From Candidatus Eiseniibacteriota bacterium (lineage in GTDB: Bacteria; Desulfobacterota; Binatia; DP-6): DNA of 64,000 nt. The stretch lies in contig DATJZY010000107.1 in assembly GCA_035577985.1 (NCBI GenBank), forward strand, positions 43,475 through 107,474, given 5' to 3'. Under the pieces are notes generated by a model. It saw only the letters and a list, made by a program, of their open reading frames with translations. It was not told where the DNA came from and ran no database searches. This document shows, in pieces, positions 36,770-47,410 of this stretch; the first letter of the stretch is position 1, and each line of letters opens with the position of its first letter. The translations under genes and the position numbers were made by a program.

Positions 36770-37027
36770 ATGACCGAGGGCGAGCCACTTCGCATCATGC
36801 TCGGTTTCGTCGTGCGGCAGTGCGCCGTTGCGCTGGGGCATGCGCCGTCCGCGGAAGAGCTGACCCGTTGGGCGAACGATCAGCGCGACGAGCGGGGACG
36901 CTACTGCATCTTCGGCCGCGCGATCACGGTCGACGAGGCGCGCGTCGTCCTGCGCCATCCGAGTCGTCTGGTGACGGTGCGGCCGGGACCCCGATGGACG
37001 TTTCCGGGCCTGGTGGCGGTTCGCTAG
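36770..37027 (+). CDS. Possible small hypothetical protein
   Basis: The track ORF is 36731..37027 (TTG start). An internal ATG lies at 36770. The sequence looks like protein (EPLRIMLGFVVRQCAVALGHAPSAEELTRWANDQRDERGRYCIFG). It overlaps the LeuD-like start region by ~34 bp in another frame. Confidence 0.25.
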   Translation: MTEGEPLRIMLGFVVRQCAVALGHAPSAEELTRWANDQRDERGRYCIFGRAITVDEARVVLRHPSRLVTVRPGPRWTFPGLVAVR

Positions 37028-37506
37028 ATCCCGGCGCGCGCGTTCCCGTCCTCTTCGGGCACGCGATCGCGTTCGCGGACAACCTGGGCGCGTCGGACAT
37101 CCTGCCGCCCCGCGCCTCGTCCCTCCCGCCCGCACAGGCCGCGCACGGCCTCTTCGCCGATCTCGGCGGCGGCCTCGTGGCGCGTCTCGAGGCGGGCACG
37201 GTGCTGGTGGCGGGGCAGCGGCTCGGACACGGCGAGGGCGGCGCCGCGGCGGCCCGGGCGTTGGGCGCGGCCGGATTCATCGCCGTGGTCGCGAGCAGCT
37301 TCGCGGACGGGTTCGACGAGCACTGCCTCGCCGCTCGCCTGCCGCCGTTCGAGGTCGATGCCCCCTTCGTCTTCCACACGGGGCAACGCATGCGGATCAA
37401 CGCCGAGGCCGCCACCATCGCGAACCTCTCGTCGGGCGACCGCCAGCCGATCCGCAACGCTACCGAGGCGCTGCTGGCGCGCCTGCGGGCGATGCTGGAC
37501 CGCTGA
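36994..37506 (+). CDS. LeuD-like (aconitase C-terminal swivel domain) small-subunit family protein, divergent
   Basis: This is the in-frame tail of the spurious ORF 35809..37506. The patterns G.A..FADNLGASDILP and GFIAVVASSFADGFDEHCL match the LeuD / 3-isopropylmalate dehydratase small-subunit family. The usual GCGSSRE motif is replaced by GHGEGG. There is no adjacent large subunit. Confidence 0.5.
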   Translation: MDVSGPGGGSLDPGARVPVLFGHAIAFADNLGASDILPPRASSLPPAQAAHGLFADLGGGLVARLEAGTVLVAGQRLGHGEGGAAAARALGAAGFIAVVASSFADGFDEHCLAARLPPFEVDAPFVFHTGQRMRINAEAATIANLSSGDRQPIRNATEALLARLRAMLDR

Positions 37507-38800
37507 CCTCGACCACGAGCGGCGTCGCCTGCTGCGCGAGCACGCGCCGCTCGTCGCCCGGGCGGTAGTCGGGGAGGAGGAAGACGCGCAGGTCGAAGTG
37601 GTAGCGGTCGGCCGGCAGGCGCTCGAGCCCACGGCCCTGAAAGCCCACCAGCGGCACGTGGCCGGGATCGAGCTCGGGGGGCGACGCGTGCGACGCGTCG
37701 TCGTCGTAGACGATGCCGAACGGAATCGCGCGCGCGAGGTTCTCGGAGAGCGTGATCGTGACCAGGATCGCCTCGCGCTCGTGGACGAGGACGAACCACG
37801 TTCCGTTCGCCGTGAACGCGCGCTCGACCTCGTCCATGGTGCCGTCGATCGCGAGCCCGCCGGGGGGCGTACCGGGTGCGACGAAGCGCCAGCCGCGGAG
37901 GTCGCGGAGGTCGACGCCGCCCATCGCCGTGATGCGGCGGAAGAGGAGGCCGGGCGAGATCGGCAGCTTCATCGAGCCCGGTCCGAAGACGTGGAGCGGG
38001 TAGAAGGCGGTGTTCGCGACGCCGGCGGAGATGTGGATGCCGATCCCGAGCAGGTCGACGTCGTGGCGCGAGCGACGCACCACGCGGACCGGACCCGCGC
38101 GCCACGCGATCAGCGTGTGCCGCGCGTCGCGTTCGGTCAGATGGACGGTCGCGAGGTTCCCGAGCAGGGTCCCTTCGGCGCGCAGGCGCAGGCCGTCGAG
38201 GAGGTTCGGGCCGAGCGGGTGTCCGAGCGCGACCGCGAAGTAGCTGGGGAGCGCCTGCACCATCCCCATGCGATAGGCCGCGGTCGAGACCAAGTCGTTC
38301 TTCGAGTCGTAGGCGACGTAGCTCCGGTCGGTCGCGGGCGGGTGCTCGGCGACCACGACGTAGGCGAAGCCGTGCGTGCCGTCGATCGGATCGACGACCT
38401 CGACCTCGCGCCACGTCTCGAGACCGGATACGGCTGCGGCGAGGCGCTCGCGGTCGACGCGCAGGCCCGCGTCGCACGGCAGGAAGACGAGGAGGTCGTC
38501 CGGATCGAGCACGCCGGGTTTGCTGTCGCCGGTCGGCTCGTCGCCATCCGGCATCGCGATCTTGCGACCCTCGCGCTCGTCGACCTGGAAGGGGATGGGC
38601 ACGACGGCGCCGCCGCGCTGCGCGACGACGCCGATCCGCCCGATCGGCGTGCGGGCGAGCTTGCGGAGCTCGTGCGTCGCCACGTCCACGTGCTCGTGCC
38701 GGCGCGCGATCGGGCCGCACGGGCCGAGCGGGAGCGGGGTCTCGGTCGCGCCGGCGCAGAGCGCGATCGTCGCGACCAGCAGCGCCGCCGTGGCCCACAT
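37460..38800 (-). CDS. Exported hypothetical protein
   Basis: The 446 aa ORF has a signal peptide (MWATAALLVATIALCAGA) and balanced composition. Its start overlaps the stop of the M16 peptidase gene. Confidence 0.55.
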   Translation of the reverse strand: MWATAALLVATIALCAGATETPLPLGPCGPIARRHEHVDVATHELRKLARTPIGRIGVVAQRGGAVVPIPFQVDEREGRKIAMPDGDEPTGDSKPGVLDPDDLLVFLPCDAGLRVDRERLAAAVSGLETWREVEVVDPIDGTHGFAYVVVAEHPPATDRSYVAYDSKNDLVSTAAYRMGMVQALPSYFAVALGHPLGPNLLDGLRLRAEGTLLGNLATVHLTERDARHTLIAWRAGPVRVVRRSRHDVDLLGIGIHISAGVANTAFYPLHVFGPGSMKLPISPGLLFRRITAMGGVDLRDLRGWRFVAPGTPPGGLAIDGTMDEVERAFTANGTWFVLVHEREAILVTITLSENLARAIPFGIVYDDDASHASPPELDPGHVPLVGFQGRGLERLPADRYHFDLRVFLLPDYRPGDERRVLAQQATPLVVEVSGPASPAGAPAAPR

Positions 38801-40011
38801 CAGCTCGAGAGCACCGCCGTCAGGGTGGGCGCCGCGAGCAGGCGCCGCCAGGCCGCGTTCACGTCGGTGAGGCCGATCCGGTCGATGAGGCGCGCGGTCG
38901 CGGTCAGGGACGGGTGGTTGCTGGCGGCGCGCGAGGCGTGGGCGACGGCGCGCTCCATGCGCGAGTCGGCCAGGCGCGCGAAGCGATAGCGCACCTTCTT
39001 GCGCGCCCGGTCGAGCTCCTCGGCGGTGAAGCCCTCGGCGGCGTGGCGGCAGGTGCGCTCGACCGTGCCCTGGAGGCGCGTCTCGTGCTCGCGCGCGGCG
39101 CTGGCGGAGATCACGGCCACGGCCCAGTCGCGCCCGTGCTCGAGCGAAGCGCCGACGTCGTAGCCGAGCCCGAGCCGCTCGCGCACCTCCTGGAAGAGGC
39201 GCGCATCCGGATCGGCGCCGACGATCTCGATCGCGAGCGAGAGCGCGAGGAGGTCGCGCGCGCTGGTCGGTGCGGCGGCGAGGCGCACGAGGTAGGTCTG
39301 GGTCAGATCCCGCCGCCGCAGGCGCGCGAATCCCGTCGTGCGCCGGCGCGGCCGTCGCGGGACCGGCGGCGCGATCGCCCCGCGCGACGGGAAGGTCCGC
39401 GCGACGGCGCGGCGCAGGCTCCGTCGCGAGATGCCGCCCACGACCGCGAGCACCATGTTGGCCGGCACGAAGTAGCGCGCGATGAAGCGGCGCACGGCGG
39501 CGGGCGTCATGGCGCGCACGCTACCCACCGTCCCCGCGATCGGGTGCGCCAGCGGCTCGGTGAAGAAGCGCTCCCAGGCGCGCTCGTGGAGATGGTTGGC
39601 GGGATCCTCCTGCCGGCCGCGGATCTCGTCGATGACGACCCGGCGCTCCTTCCCGAAGCGGTCGACCGGGACGGTCGACCGGAAGAGCTGCTCGGCGAGC
39701 AGCCCCAGCGCCTCCTCGACGTCTTCGTTGAAGACCTCGAAGTGCACCATCATGTCCTCGTGGCCGGTGTCGGCGTCGTGTTCCCCGCCGAGCTCCCCCG
39801 CGCGGCGGTTGAGCGTCACCTGGTCGAGCGTGTGCGTGCCCTGGAAGAGCATGTGCTCGGTCATGTGGGCGAGGCCGAGGTGGCGGCCGTCGACGCGCGA
39901 TCCGGCGCGAATCGCAACCGCGATCGCCGTGAGCGGCCCCGGCACGTGGTCGTAGAGGACGGTCAGATCGCCGTGCCGCAGACGCAGCGGGTCCTCGAGG
40001 CCTCCGATCAC
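38800..40011 (-). CDS. M16 family (insulinase-like) peptidase or peptidase-like protein
   Basis: The inverted zinc motif HxxEH is in the HMTEHMLFQGT context, and the M16 N- and C-domain layout is present. Confidence 0.8.
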   Translation of the reverse strand: MIGGLEDPLRLRHGDLTVLYDHVPGPLTAIAVAIRAGSRVDGRHLGLAHMTEHMLFQGTHTLDQVTLNRRAGELGGEHDADTGHEDMMVHFEVFNEDVEEALGLLAEQLFRSTVPVDRFGKERRVVIDEIRGRQEDPANHLHERAWERFFTEPLAHPIAGTVGSVRAMTPAAVRRFIARYFVPANMVLAVVGGISRRSLRRAVARTFPSRGAIAPPVPRRPRRRTTGFARLRRRDLTQTYLVRLAAAPTSARDLLALSLAIEIVGADPDARLFQEVRERLGLGYDVGASLEHGRDWAVAVISASAAREHETRLQGTVERTCRHAAEGFTAEELDRARKKVRYRFARLADSRMERAVAHASRAASNHPSLTATARLIDRIGLTDVNAAWRRLLAAPTLTAVLSS

Positions 40012-40056
40012 ACGAGCGTTCTACCGCCTGCCCGCGGCGCGCGCGAGGGTGGAGGG

Positions 40057-41808
40057 TCAGTCGAGCGTCGCCCGGAGCTCGGCGAGGAGGTCGCGGACGA
40101 CGGCGAAGCCGCGCTCCCAGAACGCCGCGTCGTCGATGTCGAAGCCCATGCGCGCGAGGGCGGCGTCGGGCGCGACGCTAGCGCCGCCGGCCAGCAGCTC
40201 GAGGTAGCGCGGGACGAACGCCGGCCCTTGCTCGCGGTAGCGCTGGTAGAGCGCGAGCACGAGCAGCTCTCCGAACACGTATGCGTAGCAGTAGAAGCGG
40301 CTGTGGATGAAGTGCGGGATGTAGGCCCAGCCCCACCGGTAGGCCGGGATCATCTCGACCGCATCGCCGTAGAGCTTCGCGTTCTCCCCCCACCACAGCT
40401 CGCCCAGCTCGTCCGCGGTGAGCGGGGCGTCGCGACGGCGCGCGTGCGCCGCCATCTCGAATCGCGTGAGCACGTTCTGGCGGAAGACCGTGGCGATCGT
40501 GTCCTCGATCTTCGCGCACAGGAGCGCGCGGCGGACCTCGCGGCGCGGCTCCCGATCCAGGAGCACGCGCGTGAGGGTCATTTCCGCGAAGACCGACGCC
40601 GTCTCGGCGAGCGTCAGCGGCGGCGAGAAGTCGAGCAGGCGCTGGCGCGAGGCCAGGCGATCGTGGATCCCGTGCCCCAGCTCGTGCGCCAGCGTCGCCA
40701 CGTCGCGCGGCGTCTCGGTGTACGACAGCAGCACCCAGGGGTTCGCGCGCGGGCTCGACGCCGCGCAGAAGGCGCCGAGGCGCTTCCCGGGCCGCACCTC
40801 CGCGTCGATCCACCCGCGCTCGAAGAAGTCGCGCGCCAGCTCGGCGAAGGTCGGCGAGAACGCCGCGAACCCGTCCAGGACGAGCGCGCGGGCCTCGTCG
40901 AAGGGAACGCGGGCGGCGGCGTCGCCCAGCGGCGCATAGAGGTCGGTGTTCTTCAGCTTCTCGAGGCCCAGCAGGCGCGCCTTCAGCCGGAAGTACTCTC
41001 GCGCGACCTCGTAGTGCCGCTCGGTCGCCGCCATCATCGCGTCGACCGTCTCGGGGCGCACCTCGTTGTCGAGGTGGGTCGGGAGCACGGGATCGGGCAG
41101 GTGGCGCAGCTCGCACTCGATGCGGTGGTCGTTCATGAGCGCGTTGAAGACGTTGGCCCACACGATGCCGAACGTCGCGTGCGTCTCGAGGAAGACGGTG
41201 TACGCGCGCTCGCGACGCGCGCGATCGGGCTCGAAGAGGAGCGAGAGGACCTCTTCGCCCGACAGCTCGCGGTCGTCGATGCGGAAGCGGAGCGACCCCG
41301 AGAGCTCGTCGAAGAGCTGGACGAGCGCGCCGCGCCCCGTGAGGTTCTTCTGGTTGACGATCCGCTCCTCGGGCTCGGAGAGCGTGTACGGGCGGCGGCG
41401 GCGGACGACGTCGAGCCAGTGACGGCGACCGGCGAGCGCCGGATCGGCGGCGAGCGCCGCGAACGCGCCGTCGGGGATCGCCTTCAGCTCGAGCTCGAAG
41501 AAGGTGAGCGTGTTGGCGAGCGCGACGTGGGCCTCGCGGGTTCGGTCGACGAGCCGCCGCGCGACCTCGCTTCGGGTGTCGGCCGCGAACAGGAGATGGG
41601 CGTAGAAGGCGGGACGCCGCCCGCGCTCGAGGACGTCCTCGTACCCGGCGATCGCCTCGGCGAGCGCCGCCGCGTCGAGGATCGCGACGCGGCCCCGATG
41701 GTGCGCGGCGAAGGCCTCGCCCTCGCGCGCGGCGGCGGCGAGATCGGCGTCGATGCGCGAGTCGTCCGGCGCGGCGTAGAGCGGTGACAGATCCCAGGCG
41801 GCGGCCAT
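40057..41808 (-). CDS. M3B family oligoendopeptidase F (PepF-like)
   Basis: The track ORF is 40057..42045. The call starts at MAAAWDLSPLYAAPDDSRIDADL (rc ATG 41806-41808). It has the HEXXH motif HELGHGIH and the downstream glutamate region. Confidence 0.85.
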   Translation of the reverse strand: MAAAWDLSPLYAAPDDSRIDADLAAAAREGEAFAAHHRGRVAILDAAALAEAIAGYEDVLERGRRPAFYAHLLFAADTRSEVARRLVDRTREAHVALANTLTFFELELKAIPDGAFAALAADPALAGRRHWLDVVRRRRPYTLSEPEERIVNQKNLTGRGALVQLFDELSGSLRFRIDDRELSGEEVLSLLFEPDRARRERAYTVFLETHATFGIVWANVFNALMNDHRIECELRHLPDPVLPTHLDNEVRPETVDAMMAATERHYEVAREYFRLKARLLGLEKLKNTDLYAPLGDAAARVPFDEARALVLDGFAAFSPTFAELARDFFERGWIDAEVRPGKRLGAFCAASSPRANPWVLLSYTETPRDVATLAHELGHGIHDRLASRQRLLDFSPPLTLAETASVFAEMTLTRVLLDREPRREVRRALLCAKIEDTIATVFRQNVLTRFEMAAHARRRDAPLTADELGELWWGENAKLYGDAVEMIPAYRWGWAYIPHFIHSRFYCYAYVFGELLVLALYQRYREQGPAFVPRYLELLAGGASVAPDAALARMGFDIDDAAFWERGFAVVRDLLAELRATLD

Positions 41809-41975
41809 CGGGCTCTTGTATCCGGTCGAGTGCCGCGCCTCCACGATCGTGCGATGCGCTAGCCTCTTCCGGCAAGCCCGCCACGCCGGTCGCCGGAACT
41901 CTGACACCCCGACGTACGGCGGTGACCGCCGCGTCCTTTTCCGGACCGACGACGGCGTGACGGGGTGCCGGGTTT

Positions 41976-43436
<1,461 letters not shown>

Positions 43437-43448
43437 GCGGCGCCCCGC

Positions 43449-44954
43449 TCACCGCCAGCCGAACATCAGCCCCATCAGCTGCTCGATCTGCCTGGCGCGT
43501 CGGGTCGAGTAGGGGAACCACTGCTGCTCGGTCTTGCGGCGCCGCGGCTCGACCAGCATCGCCTGGCGGACGCAGAACTGGCGCAGCCCCTCGGCGCCGC
43601 CGTGCCGCGTACCGACGCCGCTCTGCTTGACGCCGCCGAAGGGCAGCCCCGCGACCCCGGCCGATATCACGCAGTCGTTGACGCACACGTTGCCGCTCTC
43701 GATGCGGCCCGCGAGCGCCATGCCGCGCTCGAGGTCCTGCGTCCACACGCTCGCGTTGAGGCCGTACGAGGTGTCGTTGGCGAGCCGCAGCGCTTCGTCG
43801 GCGTCGCGCACGGGCATGACGGGGACGATCGGGCCGAAGGTCTCCTCGGTGAGGAGCGACATCGAGTGGTCGACGTTCGCGACTACGGTGGGCTCGAAGA
43901 AGAGGCCCTGCGCGCTCTCGACGCGCTTGCCGCCGCACAGCACCTTCGCGCCCTTGGCGACCGCGTCGGCGAGGTGGCGCTCGACGATCTCGATCTGCTT
44001 CGGGCTCGTGAACGGCCCGTAGTCGATCTCGGCGTCCGGGCCGTTCGCGCCGGTGCGGACCGCACGCATCTCGGCGACGAGCTTGTCGGTGAACGCTTGG
44101 AGGACCGGGGCCTCGACGTAGACGCGCTCGACCGACATGCAGACCTGGCCGGTCATCATGCAGCCGCCCCAGGTCGCGGCCTTGGCGGCACGGTCGAGGT
44201 CCGCGTCACGGAGCACGATCATGGGATCCTTGCCGCCGAGCTCGAGCAGCACGGGTGTCAGGCGCCGGCTGGCGCGCTCCATCACGCGACGGCCGGTCTC
44301 GGGCGATCCGGTGACGCAGATCATGTCCACCTGGTCGACCAGTGCGACGCCGGTCTCGCCGGCGCCGATCACGACCTGCAGGACGCCGGGCGGCAGCACC
44401 CGGTTCATGGCCTCCACGGCGCGTCGGGTCGCCAGCGGCGTCAGCTCGGAGGGCTTCACCACGACCGCGTTGCCGGCCAGGAGCGCAGGGACCGCATCGC
44501 CGAGGGCCAGGTTCAACGGTGCGTTCCACGGGCTGATGATGCCGACGACGCCGTGCGGCTTGTAGACGACGTAGCCGCGCTTCCCGAACAGAGGCCGCGT
44601 GCTCACGCGCTCTCTGCGGAGCCACTTGGGCGCGCGCCTGGCGAGATACCCGATGTCCATGCAGACGCCCATCAGCTCGCCGGCGACGTCGAAACGCGCC
44701 TTGCCGGTCTCGCGCTCGAGCAGGTCGAGGATCTCGGCGCGCACCTTCACGATCTCGCGCCGTGCGCGCTTCACCAGCGCGGCCCGCTCGCGCACGGGCA
44801 GCGCCGCCCAGGCGGCTCCTGCGGCGCGGGCGCGCGCCACCGCCGCGCCGACCGCCGTTGCGTCGTCGATCGGCAGCTCGCCGACCACGGTGCCGCGCGC
44901 GGGGTCGCGTACGACGAGCGTCGCGGCGGGCATCGAAACTGCTCCGGTGGCCAT
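43449..44954 (-). CDS. NAD(P)-dependent aldehyde dehydrogenase
   Basis: The 501 aa ORF has the ALDH motifs LELGGKDP and catalytic Cys (TGQVCMSVER). Confidence 0.9.
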   Translation of the reverse strand: MATGAVSMPAATLVVRDPARGTVVGELPIDDATAVGAAVARARAAGAAWAALPVRERAALVKRARREIVKVRAEILDLLERETGKARFDVAGELMGVCMDIGYLARRAPKWLRRERVSTRPLFGKRGYVVYKPHGVVGIISPWNAPLNLALGDAVPALLAGNAVVVKPSELTPLATRRAVEAMNRVLPPGVLQVVIGAGETGVALVDQVDMICVTGSPETGRRVMERASRRLTPVLLELGGKDPMIVLRDADLDRAAKAATWGGCMMTGQVCMSVERVYVEAPVLQAFTDKLVAEMRAVRTGANGPDAEIDYGPFTSPKQIEIVERHLADAVAKGAKVLCGGKRVESAQGLFFEPTVVANVDHSMSLLTEETFGPIVPVMPVRDADEALRLANDTSYGLNASVWTQDLERGMALAGRIESGNVCVNDCVISAGVAGLPFGGVKQSGVGTRHGGAEGLRQFCVRQAMLVEPRRRKTEQQWFPYSTRRARQIEQLMGLMFGWR

Positions 44955-44964
44955 GGGACCTCCC

Positions 44965-45393
44965 TTACGAGAACGACATCCTGTAGAGCATGTAGTAGAT
45001 GAGCCAGCCGCTCGCCGCCACGTAGAGCCAGATCGGGAGCGTCACGCGCGCGAGGCGGCGGTGCGACGCGAAGTCCCGGCGGACGGCGGCGAGGTAGATG
45101 AGGCGCATCGCGAGCGGCCCCACCGCGATCGCGAGCACGATGTGCGGCGCAAGGTTCGCGAGGTAGAAGGTGCGCCACCATCCGGTGCCCGCAAACGGCT
45201 TGGAGCCGTAGAGGCTCCAGCGCGTCACGTAGGCGACGAGGAAGAGCCCGGCGAACGCCGTCGCGGCCAGCATCGCCGCGCGGTGACGCTCCATGCTGCG
45301 CCGGGCGCGGATGAAGTACCACCCGACCAGCAGCGAGAGGCCGGAGAGCACGATGAAGGTCGTCGAGACGAGCGTCAGGCGTTCCTGGGTCAC
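44965..45393 (-). CDS. DUF420-like small membrane protein
   Basis: This is the C-terminal 142 aa of track ORF 44965..45699, starting at GTG. It has four predicted TM helices. The N-terminal part of the track ORF is R/P-rich junk. The start is uncertain. Confidence 0.45.
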   Translation of the reverse strand: MTQERLTLVSTTFIVLSGLSLLVGWYFIRARRSMERHRAAMLAATAFAGLFLVAYVTRWSLYGSKPFAGTGWWRTFYLANLAPHIVLAIAVGPLAMRLIYLAAVRRDFASHRRLARVTLPIWLYVAASGWLIYYMLYRMSFS

Positions 45394-45473
45394 GCCAGAG
45401 GTGTAGCGCAGACCGGCGCCCGAACTGAAGGGCCGCGTTGCCTCGGCTGCGACGGTGGTGTTAGGCCGTCTCC

Positions 45474-46424
45474 ATGGCCATGGAGCTGCGAGAGATCGCC
45501 CCCGGCGTCTACACGTGTCTGCAGGAGGAGCGCGGGCTCGGTACCAGCAACTCGGGGCTCGTCGATCGCGGCGGTGGCCTCGTCGTCGACACCTTCTGGG
45601 ACCTGCCGCACACGCGCGAGCTCCTCGCCCACTACGGCCGCGTCTGGCGCGCGCCGGCGCGCCGGGTGGTGAACACGCATCACAACGGTGACCACGCATG
45701 GGGGAACCAGCTCTTCCCGGGCGCCGAGATCATCGGCCACCGCCGGTGTGCCGCGAGCTTCGGCCGCGAGCGTCCCGAGACGATGCAGATGCTGCGCAGC
45801 CAGGTCGCGAGCGAGAATCCCGTGCTGCGCGCCCTCGCCGCGAAGCTCGCGGACTGGGACTTCACCGGCGTCGAGCTGACGCCCCCGACGACGCTCATGG
45901 ACGACCGGATGGATCTCGATCTCGACGGCGTGCGGGTCGAGCTCCGCTACGTCGGGCCGGCCCATACGGCCGGCGACGTCATCGTCCACCTGCCGGCCGA
46001 GCGCGTGGTGTTCGCGGGCGACGTGCTCTTCCGGCTCTGCACGCCGATCGGCTGGGACGGCACGTTCGAGGGCTGGACGCGCGCGCTCGACGAGATCGTG
46101 GCGCTCGATCCGGCCGTCGTCGTTCCGGGCCACGGGCCGCTGTGCGGCGTCGAAGGACCTCGCGAGATGAAGGCGTACCTCGAGTACGTGCGCCGCGAGG
46201 CCCGTCGCGGCTTCGACGCCGGGCGGACGGTCGTCGAAACGTCGAAGGGAATCGATCTCGGACCCTACGCCGCCTGGACCGAGCCCGAGCGCATCGTGTT
46301 CCAGGTCGAGCGCGCCTACCGCGAGTTCCGCGGCGAGGCCTACGATGCGCCGCTCGACGTGAACGTGCTCTTCGCCGGCATGCACGAGGTGCGGACGGCG
46401 TACGACGCGCGTCGCACGCACTGA
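45474..46424 (+). CDS. MBL-fold metallo-hydrolase
   Basis: It has the HxHxDH motif as NTHHNGDHAWG, plus downstream His/Asp ligands (VGPAHTAGD, PGHGPL). Confidence 0.85.
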   Translation: MAMELREIAPGVYTCLQEERGLGTSNSGLVDRGGGLVVDTFWDLPHTRELLAHYGRVWRAPARRVVNTHHNGDHAWGNQLFPGAEIIGHRRCAASFGRERPETMQMLRSQVASENPVLRALAAKLADWDFTGVELTPPTTLMDDRMDLDLDGVRVELRYVGPAHTAGDVIVHLPAERVVFAGDVLFRLCTPIGWDGTFEGWTRALDEIVALDPAVVVPGHGPLCGVEGPREMKAYLEYVRREARRGFDAGRTVVETSKGIDLGPYAAWTEPERIVFQVERAYREFRGEAYDAPLDVNVLFAGMHEVRTAYDARRTH

Positions 46425-46822
46425 TGCGTCGCGCGCTCGTGGTGGTCGTCACCGCCGCCGTCGCGTTCGGCGCGATCACGCTCGTCGCCCTCGAGGGGCG
46501 CGAAGTGGTCGTCCTCGAGACCGCCGACGCACGGGGCGCGCCGCGGCGCACGCGCACCTGGATCGCGGAGGACGCCGGTGCGCTGTGGGTCGAAGCCGCC
46601 GGTCCGGAGCGCCCGTTCCTGGAGGATCTGCAGCGCACGCCGGCGCTCGTGCTGGAACGCCACGCGACGCGCCTGCGCTGCACCGCCGACGTCCAGCCGA
46701 ATCCCGGCGGACACGAGCGCATCCGGCGCCTGCTCGCCGAGCGCTACGGCTGGGCCGACTGCTGGATCGGGCTGGTCGCCGACACCTCGCACTCGTTCGC
46801 GATCCGTCTCTCGTGCGCATGA
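46424..46822 (+). CDS. Hypothetical protein (132 aa)
   Basis: This is the in-frame tail of track ORF 45698..46822. The ATG overlaps the upstream stop (TGATG), and the stop overlaps the next ATG (ATGA). It has an N-terminal hydrophobic segment. Confidence 0.45.
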   Translation: MRRALVVVVTAAVAFGAITLVALEGREVVVLETADARGAPRRTRTWIAEDAGALWVEAAGPERPFLEDLQRTPALVLERHATRLRCTADVQPNPGGHERIRRLLAERYGWADCWIGLVADTSHSFAIRLSCA

Positions 46823-47352
46823 GCGGACGCGTCTGGTACTTCGCGTACGGATCGAACATGCAGCCCGCCACGTTCGGCGGGCGGCGGGGCATCGTCCCCT
46901 TGCGCGCGGTCGCCGCCCGCCTCGCGGGCTGGCGGATCGTCTTCGACAAGCCGCCGATCCTGCCCATCGGCGAAGCCATGGCCAACCTCGTCGAGGAGGC
47001 CCGGGCCGAGGTTCTCGGCGTGGCCTACGAGGTGACGACGCACGACCTCGAGCACATCGACCTGACGGAAGGGGTGCTGATCGACAACTACCGGCGGGTG
47101 ACGGTGCGGCTGACGACGCTCGGGGATCCGCCGGCGGCGCTCGAAGCGTTCACCCTGACCTCGGACCGTCGCGATCCGGCGCTGCGGCCGTCGCGGCGAT
47201 ACATGTCGCTGCTCGTCGAAGGGGCCGAGATCCACGGCCTGCCCGCCGGCTACGTGGCGTGGCTGCGATCGGTCCCGGCGGTCGAGGAGACGCCGGAGGG
47301 GGCCGCGGCGCGAAAGCTGCTCGATCGGGCGCTGAAAAAGGAACCCCGATAG
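46819..47352 (+). CDS. Gamma-glutamyl cyclotransferase-like (AIG2/GGCT family) protein
   Basis: This is the in-frame tail of track ORF 46585..47352, starting at the ATG at 46819. The N-terminal signature YFAYGSNM is present and the length (~177 aa) fits the family. Confidence 0.7.
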   Translation: MSGRVWYFAYGSNMQPATFGGRRGIVPLRAVAARLAGWRIVFDKPPILPIGEAMANLVEEARAEVLGVAYEVTTHDLEHIDLTEGVLIDNYRRVTVRLTTLGDPPAALEAFTLTSDRRDPALRPSRRYMSLLVEGAEIHGLPAGYVAWLRSVPAVEETPEGAAARKLLDRALKKEPR

Positions 47353-47410
47353 CCTGTTTCGGCGGCTTCGGAGCCGCCGCCCGCCGGTGCTGCGGGGGCT
47401 ATCGGGGTTC
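47341..47410 (-). terminator. Intrinsic terminator for a minus-strand transcript, overlapping the 3' end of the plus-strand GGCT gene
   Basis: A 14-bp perfect stem (gaaccccgatagcc / ggctatcggggttc) encloses a loop with an inner hairpin (ggcggc-ttcgga-gccgcc). On the minus strand the stem is followed directly by a U-tract (rc of + 47334-47340 gaaaaag). There is no T-tract on the plus strand. Confidence 0.55.
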
